From: Escherichia coli
GTDB lineage: Bacteria; Pseudomonadota; Gammaproteobacteria; Enterobacterales; Enterobacteriaceae
Strand: one strand, 5' to 3'
Length of the DNA: 64,000 nucleotides
Assembly (NCBI RefSeq): GCF_050920415.1
Contig: NZ_CP169309.1
The translations under genes were made by a program, and so were the position numbers. A model generated the notes under the pieces. It ran no database searches, was not told the origin of the DNA, and was given only the letters and a program-made list of their open reading frames with translations. This document shows, piece by piece, positions 1 to 9,157 of this stretch. The first letter of the stretch is position 1; each line of letters starts with the position of its first letter.

Positions 1-416
1 GCACCTGACGGGCCAGCAACACTCAGGCCGTCGTACGCCCGTTGCGCCCGCAGTCTCAGCGAGGTGTCGCTTTCCATCACCGCGTCGGTGGTATCCGTTG
101 CCGGAGTGATAACCAGGCGCTTTGTGTTCATATTGCCTGCGAGGTTGTCCAGGTCTGTCCCGGCGCTGTGGCTTAACATGCAGGCGCGTGCACCCTCATT
201 GACCCGCTGGCGTAACAGCATTTCACGAAACGACATGGTTTGAGCGATAACGTTAAGGGGTTCCGATTCCAGCTCCAGCGCGGCGGAGACGGCTTCACGC
301 TGTTCGGCAGGATAGGACGCAATCATCATGGCCTTTGTGTCAGCCAGAATTGCCTCAAAGTCAGGCTCCGCGATGATGGCGGGTTCCGGTAACTGTGAAA
401 GGTCAACGGCGGGCAT
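1..416 (-). CDS. baseplate assembly protein J, N-terminal part only (gene runs off window start)
   Basis: Minus-strand translation from ATG at 416 gives MPAVDLSQLPEPAIIAEPDFEAILADTKAMM..., closely resembling recalled P2 gpJ N-terminus; start 4 nt upstream of gpW stop. Confidence 0.7.
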   Translation of the reverse strand, partial: MPAVDLSQLPEPAIIAEPDFEAILADTKAMMIASYPAEQREAVSAALELESEPLNVIAQTMSFREMLLRQRVNEGARACMLSHSAGTDLDNLAGNMNTKRLVITPATDTTDAVMESDTSLRLRAQRAYDGLSVAGPSG

Positions 417-419
417 GAT

Positions 420-770
420 TTACTCCCTCAGCGTGATGGTTAATTCAACATTCTGCATGGTCTGCATGACAGTGCCCGACAGCGTCACCCCGGCGCGGCC
501 TCCCGCTTTCCAGACAACGTCGATGGCATCCAGGGCAATGCGGGGTTCCCATCGTGTCAGCGCAATCACGGCAGCACTCATGCATTGCAGACGCGTGGTG
601 TTATTCATGGGTTCGTCAATCAAATCAGGCACAAGGCTGCCATATTCCCGTCGCATAACCCGGCTTGCCAGCGGGGTGGTCAGGATGTCCCTGGCTGACT
701 GTTTCAGGTGCTCCATATCGTTCAGGTTTCCCGTTCCGTCCGGGTTCATTCCTGTGTAGCGGGTTGTCAC
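420..770 (-). CDS. baseplate assembly protein W (gp25-like)
   Basis: 116-aa ORF, size and position (between V and J) match P2 gpW. Confidence 0.75.
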   Translation of the reverse strand: MTTRYTGMNPDGTGNLNDMEHLKQSARDILTTPLASRVMRREYGSLVPDLIDEPMNNTTRLQCMSAAVIALTRWEPRIALDAIDVVWKAGGRAGVTLSGTVMQTMQNVELTITLRE

Positions 771-1348
771 TGCGGGCCTCCTGTCGAATCGCTGCCACCT
801 TTCACGCCACCGTGTTTATGCGTATGCACGGTAATGCCGTTTGAGGTGAAATTGCCGCCGCTGTGCGTGATATTGCCGCTCATCTTTCCCCCTTTTGTGA
901 CGTCAAGCGTCGCCGTTCTCAGAAGGTCTGTGCATTCCACGACGGGCGTGTCCAGTGTCACGCTGACGGATGCCTGTAAAGTGGCCGTTTTCATGCCGCT
1001 GGCGCTCAGTGCGCCTGCGTCCGCGTCGTAGCGGAACACCGCGCCGTCCGGCGCGCTGATCACGATTTCTTTCAGGCTTTTGCCGGGGGCCGGATTGGCA
1101 TCACTCCACAGGCTGCCAATTATCATGGCGGTTTCCGGGTTGCCGCCAATGCAGGCAATTACCACCTGTTCGCCTGGTGATGGCGGCAGCCACACATTGA
1201 AGGCTCCCGCGCGCGTGGTGTTCCAGCGCAGCCAGCCTGTTTCCAGTTCGCCGCTGCGAACGCGCACGCGCCAGGACTTCTCATCAACTTCAGAGATGAT
1301 CCCGGTGCGGATGATATTGCTCAGCAGTCGCATGAGTTCTGCGCTCAC
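767..1348 (-). CDS. baseplate spike/assembly protein V
   Basis: 193-aa ORF upstream of W, overlapping stop/start; P2 gpV-like position. Confidence 0.7.
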   Translation of the reverse strand: MSAELMRLLSNIIRTGIISEVDEKSWRVRVRSGELETGWLRWNTTRAGAFNVWLPPSPGEQVVIACIGGNPETAMIIGSLWSDANPAPGKSLKEIVISAPDGAVFRYDADAGALSASGMKTATLQASVSVTLDTPVVECTDLLRTATLDVTKGGKMSGNITHSGGNFTSNGITVHTHKHGGVKGGSDSTGGPQ

Positions 1349-1989
1349 CGTACAGCCTCCGCAATCCGGCCCAGCACCGTGTTATAAATCAGGCGTTCAT
1401 CTGCCTGACTGATGCCCAACAGCTCACGTACCGGGTAATCGGTGAAAATGCCCGGCGCAACCTGATCGCGCTCACCGAACTGATGAACGCGTGCAATACG
1501 TGCGGCCACGCCGCTGTAACCCACCGTCACACCGGAAGCATCTGCACGGGCTTTCAGGTAGCGGGCGGTGCGCAGTTTTACGAACATGGGGACGCGCTTT
1601 GTGCTGTCCTGGTTGATGCGCCGGGTGCGTATTTCCAGAAAGCGGTCGATGTCATCCCGGTAAAACGTGCGGATGCTGTTTTTATCCTCATCCCACCCGG
1701 TGATGGTTCGCCCGTATTTCCCCGTGTCGTGATGCCAGTTTTTCAGCGTGCGTGCTTCGTTATTCCAGATAAAGCGAATGCGCTCCTGTATCCTGGTTAC
1801 GCGGCGTCTGCGTGGTGTCCATGCAGTCCCGTCCGGCGCTTTCTGTGACCGGATACGTGCCTGCTGGGCGCGACGTAAATCCTGTGCCAGCTTTCTGGCG
1901 ATGTTATTGATGGCCTGCTGATTCAGGCTGTCGCGGATAGCCTCAAAGGTTTCATCCACGCGGGTGAATGCCTTATCCATCGCTTTCAC
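1345..1989 (-). CDS. tail completion / virion morphogenesis protein (gpS-like)
   Basis: 214-aa ORF between R and V in the P2 order; longer than P2 gpS, so assignment is positional. Confidence 0.55.
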   Translation of the reverse strand: MKAMDKAFTRVDETFEAIRDSLNQQAINNIARKLAQDLRRAQQARIRSQKAPDGTAWTPRRRRVTRIQERIRFIWNNEARTLKNWHHDTGKYGRTITGWDEDKNSIRTFYRDDIDRFLEIRTRRINQDSTKRVPMFVKLRTARYLKARADASGVTVGYSGVAARIARVHQFGERDQVAPGIFTDYPVRELLGISQADERLIYNTVLGRIAEAVR

Positions 1990-2440
1990 CCCACGTCACA
2001 TCCTGGAATACATGCGACCAGTCGCCTTCGGAAGAGGGCAGACGGGGTTTTGGCTCCGGCAGGTGTTCTGCCTGCGGTGTCCCCTGACTGCTGCGCGTGA
2101 TGCGAACGCGTTCCCGCAGAGGGAGCGTAAACAGGAGATCGGCGCTGTCATCGTCATTGATAACGGCGGAGAATTTGATGTCCTGATTACGCTCCGGATT
2201 GAGCAACAATTGCGGCTGATTTTCGGATAACCACGCCAGTAGCGGCAGCGTGAGGTCGTCCAGCTCCCCGGCGTAATCCATGACAAACATCACCATCTGA
2301 TAGCGGTAAACAAACGAGGGCGTTTCTCCGGTCGTTTCAATGTTGCCGCTCTCCACGAAAATGGTGAATTTTTCCGGGTTGGCCTGACACCATCGGCATG
2401 AACGGGTCATGGCTTCACGCAGGGAATCAGTTTTCAGCAT
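1973..2440 (-). CDS. tail completion protein R
   Basis: 155-aa ORF, same length as P2 gpR and in the expected position after the lysis cassette. Confidence 0.65.
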   Translation of the reverse strand: MLKTDSLREAMTRSCRWCQANPEKFTIFVESGNIETTGETPSFVYRYQMVMFVMDYAGELDDLTLPLLAWLSENQPQLLLNPERNQDIKFSAVINDDDSADLLFTLPLRERVRITRSSQGTPQAEHLPEPKPRLPSSEGDWSHVFQDVTWGESDG

Positions 2441-2717
2441 GGTTGTTGTCCTCGTTGTTCAGTCGTTGCAGCCTGCGCTGTTCCAGTAATTCAATGGCCC
2501 GTTTATCCGCGTTACAGGTTTCCAGTGCATCCAGAAGGCGGTCGCCCCATATACCGAGATTTCCCCATGTGGGAGGGTCAGGGAAGGGGGGCGGCGTTAC
2601 CGGAATGGTCAGCGTCTGCGGTATAAGCCGGACTGACGGCGCTGGCAGTGGCGCGTTCTGCGTGCCTGCGCAGCCTGTCAGTAAAACGAGCGTCAGGCAA
2701 AGCGTGGGCGCATTCAT
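2427..2717 (-). CDS. o-spanin (LysC/Rz1-like outer-membrane lipoprotein), start taken at internal Met
   Basis: Lipoprotein signal with lipobox LVLLTGCAG, proline-rich mature part; out-of-frame overlap with the i-spanin 3' end. Confidence 0.55.
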   Translation of the reverse strand: MNAPTLCLTLVLLTGCAGTQNAPLPAPSVRLIPQTLTIPVTPPPFPDPPTWGNLGIWGDRLLDALETCNADKRAIELLEQRRLQRLNNEDNNHAEN

Positions 2718-2985
2718 CTTTTGCAATATCGTTGCGTAGCTGTTCACGTCTTACCTCTCCGTCCTGATTGCGTTGCTGATTTTCCACGCGGAGTTGCGCC
2801 AGCACCTGCTGCATATCCTGTACCCCGGCGCTGATGATATTCAGGGTGTCGGCGGTACTTTTCAGGGTGCTGGCCTGCGCTTCGTTTCTGGCGTTCTCCC
2901 GGCCCAGCGACCACGACAGACGCATGGATGTTCCCCATCCGGCAATCAGAAGGAAAGCGACGCCAAGCGTGGGCCAGAGCTTCAT
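2578..2985 (-). CDS. i-spanin (LysB/Rz-like)
   Basis: Start chosen at MKLWPTLGVAFLLIAGW (N-terminal TM helix) followed by charged coiled-coil-like region; ATGA overlap with endolysin stop. Confidence 0.55.
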   Translation of the reverse strand: MKLWPTLGVAFLLIAGWGTSMRLSWSLGRENARNEAQASTLKSTADTLNIISAGVQDMQQVLAQLRVENQQRNQDGEVRREQLRNDIAKDECAHALPDARFTDRLRRHAERATASAVSPAYTADADHSGNAAPLP

Positions 2986-3374
2986 GCCGGATAGGCTCCG
3001 TGTGGTAACTGAAAATGCGGTCCGTCTTTCAGGGTCTTCCAGTCGCCGCCCCATTCCACCGGAATATTCAGCTCCCGGCTGGCCTGTCTGAATGCTGCTG
3101 CGATTTTTTCGTACAGCGGCCATTCCCATGACACCTGGCTGCCGACATAAGCCACAACATCCACGGCATGCCCCGTAAGGTGGCGGCTGTTCATGGTCTG
3201 GCTCTTACCTGTGGCCACAAGTTGCTTCTGGCGGTAACGGCTGCGCAACCCTTCGGTGATACCAAAATCCACTTCCGAGATTTCCAGTGCCCGTCGGGTC
3301 ACTTTCACCAGATCAGGATTTACGCCCTGCAAATTCTTTTCGCTCCGGCTGCTGAATTTAAATGTGTTGCTCAT
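2982..3374 (-). CDS. endolysin, peptidase M15-type (L-alanyl-D-glutamate peptidase family)
   Basis: 130 aa with SRHLTGHAVD zinc-binding motif typical of M15 phage endolysins; sits between holin and spanins. Confidence 0.7.
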   Translation of the reverse strand: MSNTFKFSSRSEKNLQGVNPDLVKVTRRALEISEVDFGITEGLRSRYRQKQLVATGKSQTMNSRHLTGHAVDVVAYVGSQVSWEWPLYEKIAAAFRQASRELNIPVEWGGDWKTLKDGPHFQLPHGAYPA

Positions 3375-3694
3375 TCGTCCTTCTCCTTCACCCTGCGATT
3401 AAAGGCCGCAATAACCTTGTCGCGTGCTTTCTCTGCGCCCATAAAACCGATTGATGCGCCGATAAACGTCACGGCATCTTCAGGAAACCCGAAGAAGCGC
3501 AACGACCCGGCCACGGCCATGGCAAGAACGCCGCACGCCAGCGATCCCGTTACGGTCTGAACCAGTGTTCGTCCGTCATAAAGACTCATCAGCGCGGAAA
3601 TGCTGACTGCCGCGCCTACTGCATACACCGTTGGCAGGTGGTCAAAGAGCCACGCAATAACCTGCTCTGTGATCCCTGTTTGAATGGTGCTCAC
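3371..3694 (-). CDS. holin (GTG start)
   Basis: 107-aa product from GTG at 3694 with hydrophobic helices (AVGAAVSISALMSL, ACGVLAMAVAGSL); longer upstream ORF extension overlaps gene X and is rejected. Confidence 0.6.
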   Translation of the reverse strand: MSTIQTGITEQVIAWLFDHLPTVYAVGAAVSISALMSLYDGRTLVQTVTGSLACGVLAMAVAGSLRFFGFPEDAVTFIGASIGFMGAEKARDKVIAAFNRRVKEKDE

Positions 3695-3696
3695 TG

Positions 3697-3903
3697 CTAC
3701 TCCCCCCACAACTGAATCATTTCTCGTTTCTTCTTCTCCGGCTCCGGCATCTCCACGTCCTGCCCGGCGTCCAGAAATACCTGCTGACAGAGTCCGGGGT
3801 TGGCATCCAGCACCTTTTCGGTGACGCCCTGCGTCGTGCCGTAGTACCGGAAACAGAGCGAATCCACGGTGTCGCCTTCCAGTGCCTTCACTTTCATCAG
3901 CAC
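3697..3903 (-). CDS. tail protein X
   Basis: 68-aa ORF between L and the holin, same size and position as P2 gpX. Confidence 0.7.
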   Translation of the reverse strand: MLMKVKALEGDTVDSLCFRYYGTTQGVTEKVLDANPGLCQQVFLDAGQDVEMPEPEKKKREMIQLWGE

Positions 3904-4400
3904 AGCTCCGCAAAGATTCGCGGGCGGCGCAGAATGTCAGAGATGGCCCAGCTCACATCGCGCCACAAATCCGATGTCTGTATATCCAGTGCGTCCGCGC
4001 GGCGGTCGCCCTTATCCGTTGTGTCCGCATCGCGGTAACGCTCCAGAATCAGGGCGCGTGTGGCGGTATAAACGGCATTGCGCCAGTGCCAGAGATTGAC
4101 GCTTTCTCCGTTAATTACGGGTGCCGGAACATCGGCCAGCGTCTGATGGCCAGCCGCCTGTTGTTCCTGCTGCCACGCTTCCAGCTCGCGGGTAACGTGT
4201 GCCACGGCCCCGGTGGCGGTATGCAGCAGGCGGGAGGTGGTCACACGGCCCGGCAGTCGTATCGCCAGACGCAGCTCACGCAGCACAATATCCGGCCAGA
4301 ATGCGCCCGCTGAAATACGGGTATCACCATCATCGGTATCGGTGATGTCGTCCTCTGCGGGTCCGGGGTTGGTTCTGGCAACCATACTCATGGGGTTCAC
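3897..4400 (-). CDS. head completion/stabilisation protein L
   Basis: 167-aa ORF downstream of terminase M; P2 gpL position. Confidence 0.7.
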   Translation of the reverse strand: MNPMSMVARTNPGPAEDDITDTDDGDTRISAGAFWPDIVLRELRLAIRLPGRVTTSRLLHTATGAVAHVTRELEAWQQEQQAAGHQTLADVPAPVINGESVNLWHWRNAVYTATRALILERYRDADTTDKGDRRADALDIQTSDLWRDVSWAISDILRRPRIFAELC

Positions 4401-4492
4401 TCCTGAAAAAATCGGGCGGTGGGTGCGCGGTGTAAACGGTCACGGAGTCAAACCGGAACACCGCGCACGCCGCCCGCTGACGGGGTCAGTCG

Positions 4493-5293
4493 TTAACCGC
4501 GCTTCGCCTTCTGCGTCGCGGTGGTTTTTCGTGTTGCAGGCTTCCGCGTTGTTTTTTTACTTTTGCTGCTTTCGTCCTGCGTCTGCGGTGTGCTGGCATC
4601 TTCTGGTGCGGCTGCGGAATCAGCTTTCTTCAGGGCGCGGGAAAGGGTTGCAATCTCGCGTTTCACACCTGCGTTCGGGTTCAGGTGCATCGCTTCGCGC
4701 AGCAGCTTCAGTGATGAGGCCATGCTGTCCGCATCACTCAGGCCACGGCGGGCAAAGGCGCACGCCTTGCATAATTTGGCGCGCACTTCGTCCGGCATAT
4801 CCTGGTTGGCGACAATTTCCCAAAGTGTGTCCAGTGGTTCGATAAAGGTGGACAAATCCGCGTCGGCATCCGTCCCGGCCTGCGTCAGTACCGGGTTGCA
4901 GATTTCTTCGGTCAGTACCGTGGCAGCAGTACGGCCAAAGTTATCCGGCATGATGAGGTTGTGACGGACCACATACGCACCAATACGCAGCGCAAGCGGA
5001 AGATCGCCGCAGTCAATCGCCCACACCATCAGCGTGGCAATCACTTCGTCCTGCTGCCCGCCGTCAGCCTCCAGCGTTCCCTCAATCCAGCCGGAAAAAT
5101 CCGGCAACAACTCTTTTTTGATGGCGGCTTTCGCGCTTCTTGCCTGTACGCCCTTAAGCCGGGCCTGTGCCAGACGCAGACGATACAGCACCTCTTCATG
5201 CGCGGTACGCGCGGCGTGGTCCACGCCTTCATTCGCCCGGCCTGCGCGCTGTGCCATCACGTTCTGCCAGTGTTGCTGTGCAGGAGTAATCAT
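4493..5293 (-). CDS. terminase small (endonuclease) subunit M
   Basis: 266-aa ORF with basic Lys/Thr-rich C-terminal tail, between N and L as in P2. Confidence 0.7.
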   Translation of the reverse strand: MITPAQQHWQNVMAQRAGRANEGVDHAARTAHEEVLYRLRLAQARLKGVQARSAKAAIKKELLPDFSGWIEGTLEADGGQQDEVIATLMVWAIDCGDLPLALRIGAYVVRHNLIMPDNFGRTAATVLTEEICNPVLTQAGTDADADLSTFIEPLDTLWEIVANQDMPDEVRAKLCKACAFARRGLSDADSMASSLKLLREAMHLNPNAGVKREIATLSRALKKADSAAAPEDASTPQTQDESSKSKKTTRKPATRKTTATQKAKRG

Positions 5294-5338
5294 TTTTTCT
5301 CTCCGTTACAGGCGGGCATGATGCCCGCCGTGAGTTGA

Positions 5339-6391
5339 TTAGCTGTCGGCGAACTTCAGGCCAGTGACCATCGCGCACTTGCCATAGTCTTCAACGACAT
5401 AAGCGTCATTGATGGACTGGTAGGTGGCGATGCGGTTGTATTCCGGTTCGTCTTTCATCAGACGACGCATTGAACCTTTCTGCCAGTAAATCGACAGGTT
5501 GTTGAACGAGGTGATCAGCATCGTTGAATCCGGGAAGAACGGCGCAAGGAACACGCCCAGCCCGCCAATGGTGCGCGATGACAGAATGAGCTGCCCGGCG
5601 AGTAATTCCGCATTGGGATTCTGGCCGCTGATGCTGTTCAGCACGGGCAGACGCAGCGAGTTAAACAGGTTGCGCCCCATAATCACCACGAGGTCGTCAG
5701 CTTCCTTGTGCCATTCATCCAGCAGGGATGAGCGCGCGTCCTGTACCAGTGCATCAGCGTTCGCATACTTACCCGCGTGCGCCACGGTGTTGTCCATGTT
5801 ACGGGAGGTCAGCGTCACGTCATTCATAACGCGTTCGCTGGCGTCGGTTCTGATGTGCTCCAGCCAGCCCACGTTAACGTCCTGAAGCAACTTGTTGGTG
5901 CTGAAGTTAGACTCATCCGCGTGAGACGTGCCGTTGAAACCGATCATGATGCGGTCAAGTGCCACCTGTCGGGCAATCTGTGCGCTGATGCGGGACTGAA
6001 AATCAGGGTGTGCCGCCCAGGCATCAAGCTGCGGATATGAAATAAACGTGTCGTAGTTCACCTGTTCGCACTGGTATTTGCGGTTTTTCAGATCAACCAC
6101 GTTATTCGGGTTACGGCGTTTTGTGCCGTCATAACTGGTATTCGTGCGCGCAATCGGCCCGGTGGTATCCGGGAGGATTTTTTCGCCTTTCTGGTCGGTC
6201 ACGCCGATCACGTTAATTCTTTTTGTAAATTCGGTGCTTTCCTTTGAGGCGTTTTCAAAACGCTGCTGTACCGAGGGTTCCACGGTAAATCGCGATACCA
6301 GTGCGGAAACCGGGATATTGTTAAGCGACGCCTGCTGCGCCATATAGCAACCCAGCTTGTTGCGGGTAATATCTGACATCACCAGATTCAT
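5339..6391 (-). CDS. major capsid protein N
   Basis: 350-aa ORF between scaffold O and terminase M; P2 gpN-like size. Confidence 0.8.
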   Translation of the reverse strand: MNLVMSDITRNKLGCYMAQQASLNNIPVSALVSRFTVEPSVQQRFENASKESTEFTKRINVIGVTDQKGEKILPDTTGPIARTNTSYDGTKRRNPNNVVDLKNRKYQCEQVNYDTFISYPQLDAWAAHPDFQSRISAQIARQVALDRIMIGFNGTSHADESNFSTNKLLQDVNVGWLEHIRTDASERVMNDVTLTSRNMDNTVAHAGKYANADALVQDARSSLLDEWHKEADDLVVIMGRNLFNSLRLPVLNSISGQNPNAELLAGQLILSSRTIGGLGVFLAPFFPDSTMLITSFNNLSIYWQKGSMRRLMKDEPEYNRIATYQSINDAYVVEDYGKCAMVTGLKFADS

Positions 6392-6414
6392 AAAAAATTT
6401 GCTCCTTTGTCTTA

Positions 6415-7251
6415 TCAGAAGTCAGCCAGCTGGTCGGAGGCTGCGCCCGTTGCGGTGAACCGGTTCTGCGGATCGCCGTCCTGCGTGCGCAGTTTTTCCT
6501 TCAGTGCTGCCAGCTCTGTGGTCAGTGAAGTGATTTTCTGGCTGTCCTGCTGATGGCGGGTTTCCAGTGCATTAAAACGGTCGATAATGTCGGCCTGTGA
6601 CGTTGCGACGCCTTCCACCGCTTCCTGAATGCGGGAGAAACTGGCGTCATCCGCTTTGCGGCCACGGCCAATAATCCCCATTACGCGGTTAAACCACTGG
6701 GTGCCTTCTTCCTGGCGTTGTTCTGCCATTTCGATGATTTCAGACTCGATGGCTTCGGAGATAAGCGGTGCTTCACCCTGGACACTGTTGAACGTCATCA
6801 CCGCCTGACGTTGCTGTGCCGTGAATTTCAGGCGCTCAGTGCCCAGGCTTGCCGGGGTGTCGGTCATCGCCAGCCCGACCAGATAGGCGCGCCCGTTAAC
6901 GGAGAACTGCGGGTGCAGTTCGATACTGGAATAGATTTTCTTGCCGTCAGCGACAAGCTGCTTCATGCGCTCGGTCGGTTCGATTTCTGCATACAGCGCA
7001 GTACGTCCGGCCAGCGGGCCTTCCGTAATATCTTCCGTACTCAGCGCGGTGACATCGCCCATTGCGGAAAATTCGCTTGACGGGCATGGCGAGAGATAGT
7101 GCTCAACGTTCACGCGGGCAGCGTAAACATCCGGGTTGAAGTTCTCGGCGGCTTCACGCAGATGTACCGGACTGATTTCGCGGCCATCAACAGTTGATCC
7201 GGAGACAGCCACGCGAAACTTTTTGCGGGATGTCTTTTTTTCATTAGCCAT
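6415..7251 (-). CDS. capsid scaffolding protein O
   Basis: Start at MANEKKTSRKKFRVAVSG resembles recalled P2 gpO N-terminus; an alternative in-frame ATG lies at 7284. Confidence 0.7.
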   Translation of the reverse strand: MANEKKTSRKKFRVAVSGSTVDGREISPVHLREAAENFNPDVYAARVNVEHYLSPCPSSEFSAMGDVTALSTEDITEGPLAGRTALYAEIEPTERMKQLVADGKKIYSSIELHPQFSVNGRAYLVGLAMTDTPASLGTERLKFTAQQRQAVMTFNSVQGEAPLISEAIESEIIEMAEQRQEEGTQWFNRVMGIIGRGRKADDASFSRIQEAVEGVATSQADIIDRFNALETRHQQDSQKITSLTTELAALKEKLRTQDGDPQNRFTATGAASDQLADF

Positions 7252-7405
7252 AGTTTTTGCCCCTCTGACTGGTTCTTCAGTCATGATGGCAAAGCGTAAC
7301 AGGCTGATACAAAGGGCTTTTGTTGTAAGAAAACGGCCAGAACAGGGGGTTAAGGAGAACGGTTTCGCGCGCGGGTAATCTTCCTGTAATTACTCAGGGG
7401 GAGCA

Positions 7406-9157
7406 ATGATTCAGGACGCTTTTGTGCGCCAGCGTGCGCGGCAACTTTACTGGCAGGGTTATCCGCCCGCAGAAATATCACGTCTGATGGGAATAAACCC
7501 GAACACGATTTATGCGTGGAAAAAACGCGACCAGTGGGATGAAACGCCACCCGTGCAGCGTGTCACGCAGTCCATCGATGCGCGCCTCATCCAGCTCACT
7601 GAAAAACAGAATAAAACAGGTGGTGACTTCAAGGAAATAGACCTGCTGACCCGGCAGCTTAAAAAACTGCATGATGGCCAGCCGGATGCGACGGCCACAG
7701 GAAAGAAAGGCCGGGCGAAAAAGCTTAAAAATCATTTCACGCCGGAACAGATTGCCGCACTGCGGGAAAAAATCATCAGCAGGCTGGAGTGGCATCAGCG
7801 GGGCTGGTTTGACTCCCTGACCCTTTGCAGGGAAGCAGGGATACGTAACAGGATGATCCTGAAATCCCGACAGATTGGGGCGACCTGGTATTTTGCACAG
7901 GAAGCGCTGCTGATGGCGCTGCGTGACGATGTGGCGCAACCTTACCAGCGTAACCAGATTTTTTTGTCTGCGTCGCGTCGTCAGGCGTTCCAGTTTAAAA
8001 GCATTATTCAGAAGGCCGCGGCTGAAGTTGATGTGGAGTTGAAAGGGGGCGATAAAATCATCCTCTCCAACGGCGCAGAGCTGCATTTTCTCGGCACTTC
8101 TGCTGCGTCGGCACAGTCCTATACGGGCAATTTTTATTTTGATGAATTTTTCTGGGTCAGTCGCTTTGCTGAACTGCGCAAGGTGGCTGGCGCTATGGCA
8201 ACCCTCAGCGGACTGCGGCGCACCTACTTCTCCACGCCATCCACCGAAACGCACGAGGCATACGCCTACTGGAACGGCGACCGCTGGAACGAGAAAAAGG
8301 CCACGCATAAACGCCAGCGTTTTTCTGTGGACTGGAAAACGCTGCATAACGGGCTTATCTGCCCTGACCGGACGTGGCGGCAAATTGTCACGCTGGAAGA
8401 TGTGGTTAATCACGGCTGGAAACACACCGATATCGACGAAATTCGTGATGAAAACACCGAAGACGAGTTCCTCAATCTCTATATGTGTGAGTTTGTCCGC
8501 GAAGGGGAATCGGCATTTAACCTGAATATCCTGATTGGCTGCGGTGTTGACGGATACGACGACTGGAAAGACTGGAAACCTTTTGCTCCCCGCCCGATGG
8601 GGAATCGTCCGGTATGGATTGGGTATGACGCAAACGGCAGCAGTGGCAACGGCGACAGCGGCGCTGTGTCCGTGGTGGTTCCTCCGTCTGTTCCTGGTGG
8701 CCGTTTTCGAACGGTGGAGACGCGACGCGCTCAGGGGCTGGAGTTTGAAGAACAGGCCAGAGTCATTGAAGAGTTCACGTGTCGCTACAACGTGGAACAC
8801 ATCGGCATTGATGTGACGGGCGGGAACGGGGAGGCTGTTTATCAGATAGTGAAACGGTTTTTCCCTGCCGCTATTCCGTACACCTTCACGCTGTCATCAA
8901 AACGGTCGCTGGTACTGAAAATGCTGCAAATAATGCGTGCCGGGCGGTGGGAATACGATCGCGCCGAACGCGAGCTGGTCGCGGCCTTTAACGCCGTGCG
9001 TAAGGTGAAAACACCGGGCGGCTTTATCACTTACGAAACGGACCGCGCGAGGGGGATCAGCCACGGCGACCTTGCGTGGGCAACCATGCTTGCTGTCATT
9101 AACGAACCAATTGGCGGCGAAGGAGAAAACGAGCGTTTCACGGTTATGGAGTTCTGA
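7406..9157 (+). CDS. terminase large (ATPase) subunit P
   Basis: 583-aa ORF divergent from O, P2 gpP-like size and position. Confidence 0.8.
   Translation: MIQDAFVRQRARQLYWQGYPPAEISRLMGINPNTIYAWKKRDQWDETPPVQRVTQSIDARLIQLTEKQNKTGGDFKEIDLLTRQLKKLHDGQPDATATGKKGRAKKLKNHFTPEQIAALREKIISRLEWHQRGWFDSLTLCREAGIRNRMILKSRQIGATWYFAQEALLMALRDDVAQPYQRNQIFLSASRRQAFQFKSIIQKAAAEVDVELKGGDKIILSNGAELHFLGTSAASAQSYTGNFYFDEFFWVSRFAELRKVAGAMATLSGLRRTYFSTPSTETHEAYAYWNGDRWNEKKATHKRQRFSVDWKTLHNGLICPDRTWRQIVTLEDVVNHGWKHTDIDEIRDENTEDEFLNLYMCEFVREGESAFNLNILIGCGVDGYDDWKDWKPFAPRPMGNRPVWIGYDANGSSGNGDSGAVSVVVPPSVPGGRFRTVETRRAQGLEFEEQARVIEEFTCRYNVEHIGIDVTGGNGEAVYQIVKRFFPAAIPYTFTLSSKRSLVLKMLQIMRAGRWEYDRAERELVAAFNAVRKVKTPGGFITYETDRARGISHGDLAWATMLAVINEPIGGEGENERFTVMEF

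Noticed and set aside
7478-8800. 440-aa minus-strand ORF
   Set aside because: Lies entirely antisense within the terminase large subunit gene; composition looks like a reverse-frame artefact
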